The notes under the pieces: generated by a model
What the model saw: the letters and a program-made list of their open reading frames with translations, nothing else
The model's database searches: none
Told to the model about the DNA's origin: nothing
Part shown: one piece after another, positions 27,782 through 38,284 of the stretch
How positions within the stretch are numbered: the stretch's first letter is position 1
How the letters are laid out: each line of letters begins with the position of its first letter
DNA from: Bacteroidia bacterium
Lineage (GTDB): Bacteria; Bacteroidota; Bacteroidia; UKL13-3
Length of the DNA stretch: 64,000 bases
Reading direction: 5' to 3'
Assembly: GCA_023151275.1 (NCBI GenBank)
Contig: JAKLJI010000003.1
Location: 82,357 to 146,356 of the forward strand
Position numbers and translations under genes: made by a program

Positions 27782-28390
27782 ATGAATTACTCAATCAAAT
27801 TTAAAAAGGCAATCAAGGTTCTCGGAGCAGGAATTATGATGATTGCACTCCTTGTATCCGCAATTAATCTCCAGGCTCAAGACAAATACAAAAGCACCGA
27901 TGCTAAAATTACCGTAAACGGAACTTCCAACATCCACGACTGGGTGATGCAAGGAGCCAACGGCAGCGTGAATGCAAGCTTTAGTTCTGAAGGAGGTAAA
28001 CTAAAAAACCTACTTTCATTGGCCTTTACCTTTCCGGTAAAAAATTTAAAATCTGAACATAAGCTAATGGATAAAAACTGCTACAATGCAATGAAAGCAG
28101 ATAAATATCCAAATGTAAGCTTTACCGGAACTTCCGCTGTAATCAAACAAAACGCCAACGGCACATACCAGATAAACTGCAAAGGCAAACTCAAAATTGC
28201 AGATGCTGTAAAAGATGTTGAATTGATTGCTATATGCACAGTTAATCCAGACAATAGCTTATCCATTACCGGAAATTTCAAACTAAAAATGACCGATTAC
28301 AATGTAGAACCCCCAAGCATTATGATGGGTAGTATTGTAACAGGTAACGATGTAAGTATCAACTATACCCTTCATTTAAACAAACAATAA
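27782..28390 (+). CDS. YceI-like family periplasmic protein
   Basis: Signal peptide plus ITVNGTSNIHDWVM, KADKYPNVSFTGTSAV, GKLKIADAVKDVEL and DYNVEPPSIMMGSIVTGNDVSINYTL, which match the YceI-like pattern. Confidence 0.6.
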   Translation: MNYSIKFKKAIKVLGAGIMMIALLVSAINLQAQDKYKSTDAKITVNGTSNIHDWVMQGANGSVNASFSSEGGKLKNLLSLAFTFPVKNLKSEHKLMDKNCYNAMKADKYPNVSFTGTSAVIKQNANGTYQINCKGKLKIADAVKDVELIAICTVNPDNSLSITGNFKLKMTDYNVEPPSIMMGSIVTGNDVSINYTLHLNKQ

Positions 28391-28432
28391 AAAAATTAAC
28401 CAGAATCTAAAATCTAAAACCCCTTTAATTGT

Positions 28433-29839
28433 ATGAAAAATTTAATCTTAAAAAGTGCAGGTCTGACAATGGCCGCCTTTCTGGGACTTTCTTCAGTAAA
28501 TGCCCAGGTCTTTAGCCAATCAGAAATGCAAAACATGCGCTCCTATGGCAAAAAAGGAATGAATGTTTTTGAACCCAAAAAAGAAACTGATACCAAGTTC
28601 GACGGAATTAAAGTTCGTTGGGGCGCTGGCTTTACACAAAGTTTCCAGGCTTTGAGTCATTCAACTGGTCTTAAAGCCGCTACAAATGCAGCAGGAAAAG
28701 ACTCTAATGCTGTTTATGGTTTATCCGCCGGTTTCAATACCGCCATGGCTAACCTGTACACAGATGTTTTACTTGCTGATGGTATTCGTTTGAACTTAAC
28801 AACTTACTTATCTGCTCGTCACCACAACGAAACATGGGTAAAAGGTGGATACATCCAGTTCGACAAATTACCCTTGAATGTTGAGTTCCTTGACAATATC
28901 ATGAAGTACACCACCATTAAAGTAGGTCATATGGAAATCAACTACGGTGATAACCACTTCAGACGTTCAGACGGTGGTCATACCTTGTACAACCCATTTG
29001 TAGAAAACTATATCCTTGATCCATTTACTACTGAAATTGGCGGTGAGATCTACGGTAACTACAAAGGTTTGATGGGTATGATTGGTGTAAGCAATGGTGA
29101 AATCAAAGGTTCTGTTGATGCATTAACTGCAACAGCTACTGACCCAACTGCTAAAAAAACTCCTGCTATCTATGGTAAATTAGCTTATGACAAAACCATG
29201 GACAATGGCTTCAGATACAGACTTGCTGCTTCAGTTTACAGCGACAAAAGCTCACAATCGAACACTTTGATGTGGGGTGACCGCACCGGTTCTAACTACT
29301 TCATGACTATGGAAAGAGCGTTCATTGGTGGTATCACTACTACTCCTAGCGGATATACTGCACAAGCTTGGTCAGGCCGTTTGAACCCTGGTATCAACGA
29401 TGAAATTCTTGCTCAACAATTCAACTTGTTCTTGAAATACAAAGGTGCTGAATTCTTCGGTACTTATGACATGGTTGAAGGCCGCAGAGCAACTGAAGTT
29501 GCAAAACGCTCCTTCAATCAAATGGCTGCTGATGTAATCTACCGCTTTGGAAAAACTGAAAACGTATTTGTTGGTGTTCGTTACAATACTGTTTCAGGTA
29601 ACCTGCCCGCTGCTGAGCAATTGAACAAAATCACCATTAACCGCACTGCAATTGGTGCCGGCTGGTTCGTAACCGATAACATCTTGTTGAAAGGTGAATA
29701 CGTAATGCAAGAGTACAAAGACTTCACTCCAATCTTAGGTGCTGCTAATGCAAACGTAACTGGTCCTGCTACTAAATCTGATATCCGTTACAACGGAAAA
29801 TTCGATGGATTTGTAATCCAGGCAACTGTTGGATTCTAA
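28433..29839 (+). CDS. Putative outer-membrane beta-barrel porin
   Basis: Signal peptide MAAFLGLSSVNAQ, amphipathic beta-strand periodicity, and a C-terminal ...FVIQATVGF ending in Phe. Confidence 0.55.
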   Translation: MKNLILKSAGLTMAAFLGLSSVNAQVFSQSEMQNMRSYGKKGMNVFEPKKETDTKFDGIKVRWGAGFTQSFQALSHSTGLKAATNAAGKDSNAVYGLSAGFNTAMANLYTDVLLADGIRLNLTTYLSARHHNETWVKGGYIQFDKLPLNVEFLDNIMKYTTIKVGHMEINYGDNHFRRSDGGHTLYNPFVENYILDPFTTEIGGEIYGNYKGLMGMIGVSNGEIKGSVDALTATATDPTAKKTPAIYGKLAYDKTMDNGFRYRLAASVYSDKSSQSNTLMWGDRTGSNYFMTMERAFIGGITTTPSGYTAQAWSGRLNPGINDEILAQQFNLFLKYKGAEFFGTYDMVEGRRATEVAKRSFNQMAADVIYRFGKTENVFVGVRYNTVSGNLPAAEQLNKITINRTAIGAGWFVTDNILLKGEYVMQEYKDFTPILGAANANVTGPATKSDIRYNGKFDGFVIQATVGF

Positions 29840-29856
29840 TTGAAAATGCTTAAATT

Positions 29857-29892
29857 AACGAGGCTATATCTCCGGATATAGCCTCGTTTTTT
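29857..29892 (+). terminator. Strong rho-independent terminator after porin gene
   Basis: AACGAGGCTATATC-TCCG-GATATAGCCTCGTT, a 14-bp perfect stem followed by TTTTTT. Confidence 0.7.
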
Positions 29893-29903
29893 ATAAAAAA
29901 CCA

Positions 29904-30533
29904 ATGACACTCATCAAACCCCTATTCGTAATTCCAATTCTTTTTGCTTCACTTGGATGGCATTCCGGTGAAAAACAAAATTATACCCAAGGCAGCAAAT
30001 GGGTTGTTCACGACAATAGCACCCTTTGCATTGATGGAAAATCAAACATCAATAAATTCAACTGTGAGGTTAAAGATTATTGCAGCTACGATACAATAGC
30101 CTTTTTGAGACCTCGTGATGGGAAAGATTATGGCTTCATTCCTATGAAGGGCTCCTTAAAAATCAATATCGAGAAATTCACCTGCCATGATTTAATCATC
30201 ACTCACGATTTTAGGAAAACCCTGAACTATAAAACTTACCCCTATATGAATGTCCAATTTTGCCATATAGAGGACTTTGACCCACACAAAGGCTCACAGG
30301 TACTAAAAGGTAGAATCCGCGTGAACCTGGCAAATAAAAGCAAGGATTACGATGTAGAACTGGTAATGGTTCAGAACGAAACCAAAAAGGTGCTGCATTT
30401 GATTGGAAACAAATCGCTTAAACTTTCTGATTTCGGTCTGAAACCGGTGAGCAAATTAGGAGGTCTAGTTAAGGTTGAAGACGAACTCCGTGTGAATTTC
30501 TTTTTGATTCTGGGCTTGATTGGCCCCTATTAG
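29904..30533 (+). CDS. YceI-like family protein, Cys/His-rich variant
   Basis: The C-terminal half matches YceI-like (YPYMNVQF, GRIRVNLANKSKDYDVEL, SDFGLKPVSKLGGLVKVEDELRVNF). It carries five Cys and several His not present in the upstream paralogue. Confidence 0.5.
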   Translation: MTLIKPLFVIPILFASLGWHSGEKQNYTQGSKWVVHDNSTLCIDGKSNINKFNCEVKDYCSYDTIAFLRPRDGKDYGFIPMKGSLKINIEKFTCHDLIITHDFRKTLNYKTYPYMNVQFCHIEDFDPHKGSQVLKGRIRVNLANKSKDYDVELVMVQNETKKVLHLIGNKSLKLSDFGLKPVSKLGGLVKVEDELRVNFFLILGLIGPY

Positions 30534-32029
30534 TAATTGTTTCTGGCACGTTTTGCCTGGGCGTTTTTCGCGCTGTAGGCAAAATAAATTACCAGACCAA
30601 TCAGCAACCAAACCAGGGCACTTAACAAGGTTGGACCTGGTAAACCAACAATCATTGCGGAACAAACCAAGATACCCAGAATTGGAACCAATGGTACCAA
30701 TGGGGTTTTGAAATTACGCTTTAGATTAGGCTCCTTTACGCGAAGAATCCAAACCGCAATACAAACCAATACAAACGCAAACAAGGTACCAATACTGGTT
30801 AAATCGCCCGCCACAGAGCCGGGAACAAAGGCTGCAAATGCACCTACAAAAACAAATAATATCAGGTTTGATTTATACGGAGTTCTAAATTTGGGATGAA
30901 CATCCGAGAAAACCTTAGGCAATAATCCATCTTTGGCCATGGAATAAAACACACGCGATTGGCCCATCAACATTACCAGGATTACCGATGAAAAGCCTGC
31001 CAAAATTGCGATAGTAATGGAGAATGCCAACCAGCTGTAACCGGGCATGTATTTTGAAATGGCATAAGCCACCGAAGCCTCTTTTCCTTCTTTCACGAAA
31101 TCAGTATAAGGTGCAACGCCAGTTAAAACGTGTGAGAACAAAATGTACAAAATGGTGCAAACAACAAGTGAACCTAAAATACCAATGGGCATATCACGTT
31201 CCGGACGTTTGGCTTCCTGAGCGGCAGTAGAAACCGCATCAAAACCAATAAAGGCAAAGAATACAATTCCAGCCCCGGTAATCACGCCACCAAATCCATG
31301 ATTCCAGAAGGTTGAATAATCGTAGAACTTTCCGTTTGGTTGAAGAGCAGGTGCAGCATCGGCAGGAATAAAGTATGGAGAATGGTTACCCGCATTGATA
31401 AAGCCCCAACCCAAGGCAATGAAAAGCAGGATAATGGCAACTTTAATAAAAACAATTACTGCATTAACAATTGCAGATTCCTGAGTTCCCTTGATAAGCA
31501 ATAGGGAAATCAACAACAAAATAACCAAAGCCGGCGCATTCATTATTCCGTGGGTGATAGAACCATCGGCATTTAAAATAGATTCAAAGGGCGAGTGCGT
31601 CCATTCATAAGGAATAGCCCCTCCCAATAGCTTATTCAAGTATTCACTCCAAGCAATAGAAACGGTGGCTGCACCTAAGGCATATTCAAGCACCAAAGCC
31701 CAACCAATGGTCCAGGCAACAAGTTCGCCCATGGTGGTGTATGCATAAGTATAAGCACTACCCGCAGCAGGAATGATGGATGCAAACTCCGCATAACATA
31801 GTCCTGCAAAAGCGCAACCCACCGCAGCAATAATAAAAGAAACAGTTACAGCAGGACCAGCATGTTCGCCGGCAGCTGCGGCAGTTCTAACAAACAAGCC
31901 TGCTCCAATAATTGCCCCAATACCCAAGGCAATAAGGTTTGCAGCTGTTAAGGTCCGTTTTAGTTGATGTCCGTCTGATGAAGCGGTCAGTAAATCTGTT
32001 AATGATTTCTTGTAAAAATAGTTCGCCAT
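30530..32029 (-). CDS. Amino acid permease (APC superfamily)
   Basis: The N-terminal LKRTLTAANLIALGIGAIIGAGLFV signature and 12-13 TM helices; start placed at MANYFYKK. Confidence 0.85.
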   Translation of the reverse strand: MANYFYKKSLTDLLTASSDGHQLKRTLTAANLIALGIGAIIGAGLFVRTAAAAGEHAGPAVTVSFIIAAVGCAFAGLCYAEFASIIPAAGSAYTYAYTTMGELVAWTIGWALVLEYALGAATVSIAWSEYLNKLLGGAIPYEWTHSPFESILNADGSITHGIMNAPALVILLLISLLLIKGTQESAIVNAVIVFIKVAIILLFIALGWGFINAGNHSPYFIPADAAPALQPNGKFYDYSTFWNHGFGGVITGAGIVFFAFIGFDAVSTAAQEAKRPERDMPIGILGSLVVCTILYILFSHVLTGVAPYTDFVKEGKEASVAYAISKYMPGYSWLAFSITIAILAGFSSVILVMLMGQSRVFYSMAKDGLLPKVFSDVHPKFRTPYKSNLILFVFVGAFAAFVPGSVAGDLTSIGTLFAFVLVCIAVWILRVKEPNLKRNFKTPLVPLVPILGILVCSAMIVGLPGPTLLSALVWLLIGLVIYFAYSAKNAQAKRARNNY

Positions 32030-32465
32030 AAATTGGATTTTCAGGTCCAATATAGGAATTCGCGTGGAGATGTAAAGTATATTTTACTTTTCCTGACTTG
32101 GAAGGCGGAAATGAAGGTAAAAAATGGTTTTTAAGCCGCAAAATTCAAACAAATAACCAAACCAAGTTTTGGGGATTAAGCCGAGGAAAATGAACTCAGG
32201 TAATTAAAGCCGGAATACGCATTTGACCATCTATTACTGCCCAAAATGCCTGTGAAATTGGGCGTAAACTCAGTTTCCCCCACTCACCATTACGGTGCAT
32301 TATGCCTTGCTCGTGAAACTGCCAATTTCTTTGGCCTTTTGGCCCTCATCACGAAGTTCAAATGCGTAATCCGGGTTAAAAAGCTGGGAGCTTGGGGCCG
32401 GAAGTAAAATATCCAAGTAAACTAATCCAATCTGGCCAAAGCAAGGAAGTTCGATGGTTAAAAAC

Positions 32466-32495
32466 AAAAAGGCGACCAAAGAGGCCGCCTTTTTT
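32466..32495. terminator. Bidirectional terminator downstream of atpG
   Basis: AAAAA-GGCGACC-loop-GGCCGCC-TTTTTT hairpin, 20 nt after the atpG stop. Confidence 0.55.
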
Positions 32496-32514
32496 AAAAT
32501 AATGTTCTATAAGA

Positions 32515-33384
32515 TTAGCTACTAAGAGCCGCTGCACCACCAACGATTTCAGAAATCTCCTTGGTAATAGCAGCCTGACGAGCGCGGTTGTATTCAAGCT
32601 TTAGACCTTTCAGGAGTTCACCTGCGTTTTCTGTAGCTTTATCCATCGCAACCATTCGTGCTCCATGTTCTGAAGCCAATGAGTCGAGAAGCGCTTTGTA
32701 CAGTTGAGTCTTTAGAATACGTGGAATCAACTCTTCCAAAATTTCAGCTTTAGAAGGCTCGAAAATGTAGTCGTTTTTCTCTTGTACTTTACCTTGTCCG
32801 CTTTGCTTCACAATAGGAAGGAAAGGCTCGTTGGTAAGGATTTGAGTAGCCGCATTTTTGAACTGGTTGTAAACAATTTCAACCTTATCAAAACTACCTT
32901 TTCTGAATTGTTCCAGGATATAGGTTCCAATTTCAAATGCATGTTCTGCATCTAAATGATGGAAGATTTCCTTGTAATCTGTATTGGTTGGAAGACTCAA
33001 TTTTGCAAAGAATTCGAAGGCCTTCTTGCCGATTGGCATAATGGTTACTTCTTTTCCAGCAAAATCTTCTTTCACCAAGCGGTTAGCCAATTTCAACACA
33101 TTCGCGTTGAAGGAACCGCAAAGACCCCTATCGGATGTTACAACAACCAAAAGTACCCTTTTAACCTCACGTTGGTCGAAATACACTTTCAAAGAATCAT
33201 CATCAATAGAATCGCTGAGATTTGAAAGAATCCCGTTCAACTTTTGCGAATAGGGACGCATTTGAAGAATTGCGTTCTGGGCTCTGCGCAGCTTGGTAGC
33301 CGAAACCAATTTCATGGCTTTGGTAATTTGCTGCGTTGAGTTTACCGACGCAATCCTGATTCTAACTTCTTTTAAATTCGCCAA
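32515..33384 (-). CDS. atpG: F0F1 ATP synthase gamma subunit
   Basis: MANLKEVRIRIASVNSTQQITKAMKLVSATKLRRAQ N-terminus and the conserved C-terminal ITKEISEIVGGAAAL. Confidence 0.9.
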   Translation of the reverse strand: MANLKEVRIRIASVNSTQQITKAMKLVSATKLRRAQNAILQMRPYSQKLNGILSNLSDSIDDDSLKVYFDQREVKRVLLVVVTSDRGLCGSFNANVLKLANRLVKEDFAGKEVTIMPIGKKAFEFFAKLSLPTNTDYKEIFHHLDAEHAFEIGTYILEQFRKGSFDKVEIVYNQFKNAATQILTNEPFLPIVKQSGQGKVQEKNDYIFEPSKAEILEELIPRILKTQLYKALLDSLASEHGARMVAMDKATENAGELLKGLKLEYNRARQAAITKEISEIVGGAAALSS

Positions 33385-33396
33385 GGTTCAAAAAAA

Positions 33397-34977
33397 TTAA
33401 GCGTTGTACTTAGCAGTTAGTTCTTTTGCAACAGCCTCGAGGGTATTGGTCAAATTGTCGTTGAAATTACCTTTCTTCAATTCGTTCAAGGTGTCTTTGT
33501 GTTTTGCTTCCATAAACGAATGGAACTCAGCTTCAAACTCACGCACCTTGTTCAAAGGCACATTAGAAAGTAAACCTTTAGTTCCTAGGTAAATGATTGC
33601 AATCTGCTGTTCAACACGCAAAGGAGAGAACTGACCTTGTTTCAAAATTTCTACGTTACGAGCACCTTTTGAAAGTACTGCTTTGGTAGCAGCATCAAGG
33701 TCTGAACCAAATTTTGAGAACGCTTCCAATTCGCGGTATTGAGCTTGGTCAAGTTTCAAGGTACCTGCTACCTTTTTCATAGACTTAATCTGAGCGTTAC
33801 CACCTACACGGGATACAGAGATACCTACGTTAATCGCAGGACGGATACCCGAGTTGAAGAGGTTAGCTTCCAAGAATATCTGACCGTCTGTAATAGAAAT
33901 TACGTTGGTTGGGATATAAGCAGAAACGTCACCGGCTTGAGTTTCGATGATTGGAAGAGCAGTTAATGAACCACCACCTTTAACCAAATGCTTGATTGAA
34001 TCAGGCAAATCGTTCATTTGTTGAGCGATGCTATCAGTAGCATTGATTTTGGCAGCTCTTTCCAGCAGACGGCTATGCAAGTAGAATACGTCACCTGGGT
34101 AAGCCTCACGTCCTGGAGGACGACGAAGCAACAAGGACACCTCACGGTAAGCTACAGCCTGCTTTGACAAGTCGTCATAAATAACCAAAGCTGGACGACC
34201 GGTATCGCGGAAGAACTCGCCAATTGCAGCACCTGCCATTGGAGCATAGAACTGCATAGGAGCCGGATCTGAAGAAGTTGCAGCAACGATAGTTGTGTAA
34301 GGCATAGCACCACGCTCTTCAAGGGTTTTAACAACCTGAGCAATGGTAGAAGCTTTTTGACCACAAGCTACGTAGATACAATATACAGGATTTCCTGCGT
34401 CGTAGAATTCTTTTTGGTTGATGATGGTATCGATACAAACAGCAGTTTTACCTGTCTGACGGTCACCGATAACCAATTCACGCTGTCCGCGACCAATTGG
34501 AATCATAGCGTCAATCGCTTTGATACCTGTTTGAAGTGGTTCTTTTACCGGTTCACGGTAGATAACCCCAGGAGCTTTGCGCTCGAGTGGCATTTCATAA
34601 AGATCACCGCTAATCGGACCTTTTCCATCAATTGGACGGCCAAGGGTATTGATAACACGACCAACCATACCTTCACCCACTTTAATGGATGCGATACGAC
34701 CTGTACGTTTTACAGTGTCACCCTCTTTAATTTCTTCGGAAGAACCGAGCAATACGGCTCCCACGTTATCTTCTTCAAGGTTCAGAACGATGCCTTCAAC
34801 ACCGTTGGAGAATTGAATCAATTCACCTGACTGAACTTTGGCTAACCCGTAAATACGAGCAATACCATCGCCTACCTGAAGAACTGTACCCACTTCTTCC
34901 AGTTCAGCATCTGATTTAAAGTTGCTTAACTGTTCGCGTATAATGGCTGATACCTCATCTGGTCTGATTTCTACCAT
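33397..34977 (-). CDS. atpA: F0F1 ATP synthase alpha subunit
   Basis: Walker A GDRQTGKT and 526 aa of alpha-subunit signature sequence. Confidence 0.95.
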   Translation of the reverse strand: MVEIRPDEVSAIIREQLSNFKSDAELEEVGTVLQVGDGIARIYGLAKVQSGELIQFSNGVEGIVLNLEEDNVGAVLLGSSEEIKEGDTVKRTGRIASIKVGEGMVGRVINTLGRPIDGKGPISGDLYEMPLERKAPGVIYREPVKEPLQTGIKAIDAMIPIGRGQRELVIGDRQTGKTAVCIDTIINQKEFYDAGNPVYCIYVACGQKASTIAQVVKTLEERGAMPYTTIVAATSSDPAPMQFYAPMAGAAIGEFFRDTGRPALVIYDDLSKQAVAYREVSLLLRRPPGREAYPGDVFYLHSRLLERAAKINATDSIAQQMNDLPDSIKHLVKGGGSLTALPIIETQAGDVSAYIPTNVISITDGQIFLEANLFNSGIRPAINVGISVSRVGGNAQIKSMKKVAGTLKLDQAQYRELEAFSKFGSDLDAATKAVLSKGARNVEILKQGQFSPLRVEQQIAIIYLGTKGLLSNVPLNKVREFEAEFHSFMEAKHKDTLNELKKGNFNDNLTNTLEAVAKELTAKYNA

Positions 34978-34987
34978 AATGACATTG

Positions 34988-35539
34988 TTATTTTGAAATG
35001 TACGTATTAATTAATTCCTGTTTTGCTTTCCTGAGTTTACCTGAAATGGAAGCATCAAGGAGTTTGCCCTCGATTTGCACCACCAGACCACCGATCAGGC
35101 TCGGATCAACCTTGGTAGAGAGGATTACCTTTTTACCGGTACCCTTCTCAATGAGGCTTTGTATTTCCTGCTGGTTGGAATCACTTAATGAAACAGCGGT
35201 AACAACGCTTGCAGTCGTAATATTGTTCAATGAATTATACTGTTCAATGAAAGCCTGAGCAATATCGTAAGCGAAATACTCACGCTTTTTCCGGATAACA
35301 ATCTCGAAAAAAGTCATTGTAACAGGGTTGAATGCATTGGCAAAAAGTTGCTTAACAACAGCAAGCTTTTTATCGCCATTAACAATCGGACTTTTCATCA
35401 GATTGGCTAATGCAGGATTTTTGTCCAATGCAGTTTTAAATGATGAAATATCACCAAAAACCTGTTCCACAGAGTTTTTCTCTCGGGCCAGGTCTAAGAG
35501 TGATTTTGCATATCGGTTGGATACCCTAGTTTCTGACAT
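34988..35539 (-). CDS. atpH: F0F1 ATP synthase delta subunit (OSCP)
   Basis: N-terminal [13 protein letters not shown], 183 aa, and its position between atpF and atpA. Confidence 0.85.
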   Translation of the reverse strand: MSETRVSNRYAKSLLDLAREKNSVEQVFGDISSFKTALDKNPALANLMKSPIVNGDKKLAVVKQLFANAFNPVTMTFFEIVIRKKREYFAYDIAQAFIEQYNSLNNITTASVVTAVSLSDSNQQEIQSLIEKGTGKKVILSTKVDPSLIGGLVVQIEGKLLDASISGKLRKAKQELINTYISK

Positions 35540-35540
35540 T

Positions 35541-36035
35541 TTACTTCAGGCTAATGGATTTCAAATTCTCATTAACAAATGCCTCTTGAGCAGAACGGTC
35601 TTCCATTTTCTTGCGAAGAACCTTCTCTGCCAAATCAACTGAAATTTCTGCAACCTGAGTTTTCAATTCATTTAGAGCTTTCAGTTTGGCGGCTTGAATA
35701 GACTCATTGGCACTTGCAACAATCCGACGAGCTTCATCATCAGCAGTTTTCTTTGCCTGAGATATGATTTCTTCTTTCATATCACGCGCCTCTTTCAGGA
35801 GGTTATCGCGCTCTTGGCGGGCCTCATTCAACAATTTTTCGTTGTCTGATTTGAGGGCGTCCATTTGTTTTCTGGCTTCTTCAGCAGCATTCAGGGCGTT
35901 GTTGATTGAATCTTCACGCTCCCTGATTGAATTGAGGATTGGCTTCCAGGCAAATTTAGACAGGATGAACAATACGATACTGAACGTAAGCGTCATCCAG
36001 AAAACCAATCCTAAACCTGGTTTTACTAATTCCAT
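35541..36035 (-). CDS. atpF: F0F1 ATP synthase subunit b
   Basis: Single N-terminal TM helix followed by a long charged coiled coil; operon position. Confidence 0.8.
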   Translation of the reverse strand: MELVKPGLGLVFWMTLTFSIVLFILSKFAWKPILNSIREREDSINNALNAAEEARKQMDALKSDNEKLLNEARQERDNLLKEARDMKEEIISQAKKTADDEARRIVASANESIQAAKLKALNELKTQVAEISVDLAEKVLRKKMEDRSAQEAFVNENLKSISLK

Positions 36036-36124
36036 GTGTTTTTGTTTTTAGTGTTTTTGATTGTAATGCCGTAAAAAGGAAACAGGAAATCCGGCTACTA
36101 CCGGATTTCCCGAATCGTAATGTA

Positions 36125-36421
<297 letters not shown>

Positions 36422-37630
36422 TTAGTGATGTTCTTCGTGGTGATGTTCTTCAACTGCAGATCCAAAGTAAAGTGAGGATAGCAAGGTGAATACGTAGGCT
36501 TGCAAGAATGCAACCAACAATTCAAGGAAACTCATAAAGGTGGTGAATGCAACCGAGAGCACTGATACTCCAAGTCCAAGGTATTGATTCATTGCACCAA
36601 ATATGAATATCAAACTGAAAAATCCAAGAATAATAATGTGACCGGCCGTGATGTTAGCGAACAAACGAATCATCAATACGATAGGCTTGTTTAACATACC
36701 GATGATTTCAATCGGAATTAGCAATATCCAAAGAACTTTAGGCACTCCGGGTGGCATGAAAATATGACCCCAGTAGCTTGAATTTCCATTGATTGAAGTA
36801 ATAACGAAGGTGAACAAGGCCAAAACCAGAGTTACTGCGATGTTACCTGTTACGTTGGCACCTCCCGGGAAGAATGGAACCAAACCCAGTAAGTTATTGA
36901 AGAAAATAAAGAAGAAAATAGTCAACAAATAAGGAAGAAACTTTTCGTATTTAGGTCCGATGGAAGGCTTTGCAACCTCGTCGCGAATGAAAAGAATCAA
37001 GGTTTCGACCAAATTCGCGAATCCTTTAGGAGCTTTGTTTCTGTTTTTTGAATAGTGACCTGCGATTGAAAGCATGATAAAGCAAAGCAGAATTACCGCA
37101 ATCATCATGGCAGCCACGTTTTTGGTAATGGATAAATCAACAAAAGAAGCTTCGTGATTTTCACTGCCATCTGCATTCACAGCTACAATTTGGCCTTTTT
37201 CACCAAGTTTATAGCCTTCGTAAGTGGCATGTCCGTGCTCAAAGCGGCTTGAAGAGAACACTTTTATTCCTGCATCATCTTTAATAATAACAGGAAGCGG
37301 AATAGTAACATGTGTATGTCCTAGGGTTGCAATATGCCAATCGTGAGCGTCGGCAATGTGCTCCATAATTAATTTACCGGCGTCCACTTTTTCCTCTCCA
37401 TGGGCATTTTCTGCATGGTTAGCCTCTTGGTGATTCTCATGATTTTCAGCACCTGCATGCTGAGCATCCATCTCAACTACCATTTCGGTAGCTTCACCCC
37501 CGTGGGCATGGCTAGAATCAGCAGAAGTTTCTTGTCCGTAAACCTTAAGGCTTGCGTATCCTGCGTAAACAGCTACTAAAAATACTGGGATTAAGTACCT
37601 GAAAATCTTGTTCTTGGAGAGCTTCATCAA
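36422..37630 (-). CDS. atpB: F0F1 ATP synthase subunit a with long N-terminal His-rich periplasmic extension and His-rich C-terminal tail
   Basis: The C-terminal half has the subunit-a pattern (NLLGLVPF...R in FANITAGHII). It is preceded by a ~190-aa signal-peptide-bearing domain rich in H-E-N repeats and ends in EEHHHEEHH. Confidence 0.85.
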   Translation of the reverse strand: MMKLSKNKIFRYLIPVFLVAVYAGYASLKVYGQETSADSSHAHGGEATEMVVEMDAQHAGAENHENHQEANHAENAHGEEKVDAGKLIMEHIADAHDWHIATLGHTHVTIPLPVIIKDDAGIKVFSSSRFEHGHATYEGYKLGEKGQIVAVNADGSENHEASFVDLSITKNVAAMMIAVILLCFIMLSIAGHYSKNRNKAPKGFANLVETLILFIRDEVAKPSIGPKYEKFLPYLLTIFFFIFFNNLLGLVPFFPGGANVTGNIAVTLVLALFTFVITSINGNSSYWGHIFMPPGVPKVLWILLIPIEIIGMLNKPIVLMIRLFANITAGHIIILGFFSLIFIFGAMNQYLGLGVSVLSVAFTTFMSFLELLVAFLQAYVFTLLSSLYFGSAVEEHHHEEHH

Positions 37631-38022
37631 ACGTCTTTTTGGGTTGAATCGGGGCGCAAGTTAACCACAAGGAAATAAATTTCAAACGCAGTGAATAAGA
37701 AATAGAATAAAAGATAGGAAATAATGAAGCTCATTTCCTTGGTTTTGGCAAATAATAGGTAGATCAAAAGGGGCCCTAAGCTAAAAACAAATCGGATTCC
37801 AATTGAACTGTAAACCCTGGTAATGAAGGTCTTATTGTCTTTTTTAATGCCAGAAGCAGACACCAAAAAAATGATAACACTTAGTCCGTAATAATAAACA
37901 AGAGAAATCCAGCTTAACCAGCCCAAATTCCATTTTGTTTGAACCTGATTAAAAACCAGCATCGAAATTCCCAGCAGAAGGGCAAGAATTGAAATGCTTT
38001 TTACGAAAGGGTTAGAAAACAT
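37627..38022 (-). CDS. ATP synthase operon-associated 4-TM membrane protein (AtpI/unc-I-like)
   Basis: 131 aa with four hydrophobic helices; its stop overlaps the atpB start (ATGA). Confidence 0.4.
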   Translation of the reverse strand: MFSNPFVKSISILALLLGISMLVFNQVQTKWNLGWLSWISLVYYYGLSVIIFLVSASGIKKDNKTFITRVYSSIGIRFVFSLGPLLIYLLFAKTKEMSFIISYLLFYFLFTAFEIYFLVVNLRPDSTQKDV

Positions 38023-38035
38023 GCCGCAAACCTAA

Positions 38036-38284
38036 TCAATCCTTTAAGAAATCCCGAATGCTAAGATAAACAGACGCAAAAACGGAGAAAATGACAAAGC
38101 CAACCGTAAATCCTGGAAATTTATTGCCCATCCACGAATCCAAATACTTTCCTGCGAGAGTTAGACAGACAATAATAGACAGCATTTGAAATGCCATCCC
38201 TGAATACCGGAGAATTGGATTGTAATTAGCCTTTTGCGGGACTTGGGTCCTCGGCTTGCTTGGTTTCGGCTCCTGTTTTTCCAT
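38036..38284 (-). CDS. AtpZ/AtpI-family small membrane protein (putative ATP synthase protein I)
   Basis: MAFQMLSIIVCLTLAGKYLDSW plus a second TM matches the AtpZ pattern. The start is uncertain: the track ORF begins at 38350 and overlaps the bactofilin 3' end. Confidence 0.4.
   Translation of the reverse strand: MEKQEPKPSKPRTQVPQKANYNPILRYSGMAFQMLSIIVCLTLAGKYLDSWMGNKFPGFTVGFVIFSVFASVYLSIRDFLKD

Noticed and set aside
31887-32597. Two small minus-strand ORFs (84 aa and 73 aa) in and around the permease/atpG intergenic region
   Set aside because: Each overlaps a well-supported gene (the permease 5' end, the atpG 3' end) in another frame; their composition is not protein-like.
34357-34830. 157-aa + strand ORF inside atpA, and similar antisense ORFs inside acs, GH31, mrcA, recG and the SSS-kinase
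   Set aside because: All are antisense to genes with unmistakable conserved motifs; they are shadow ORFs in low-stop frames.
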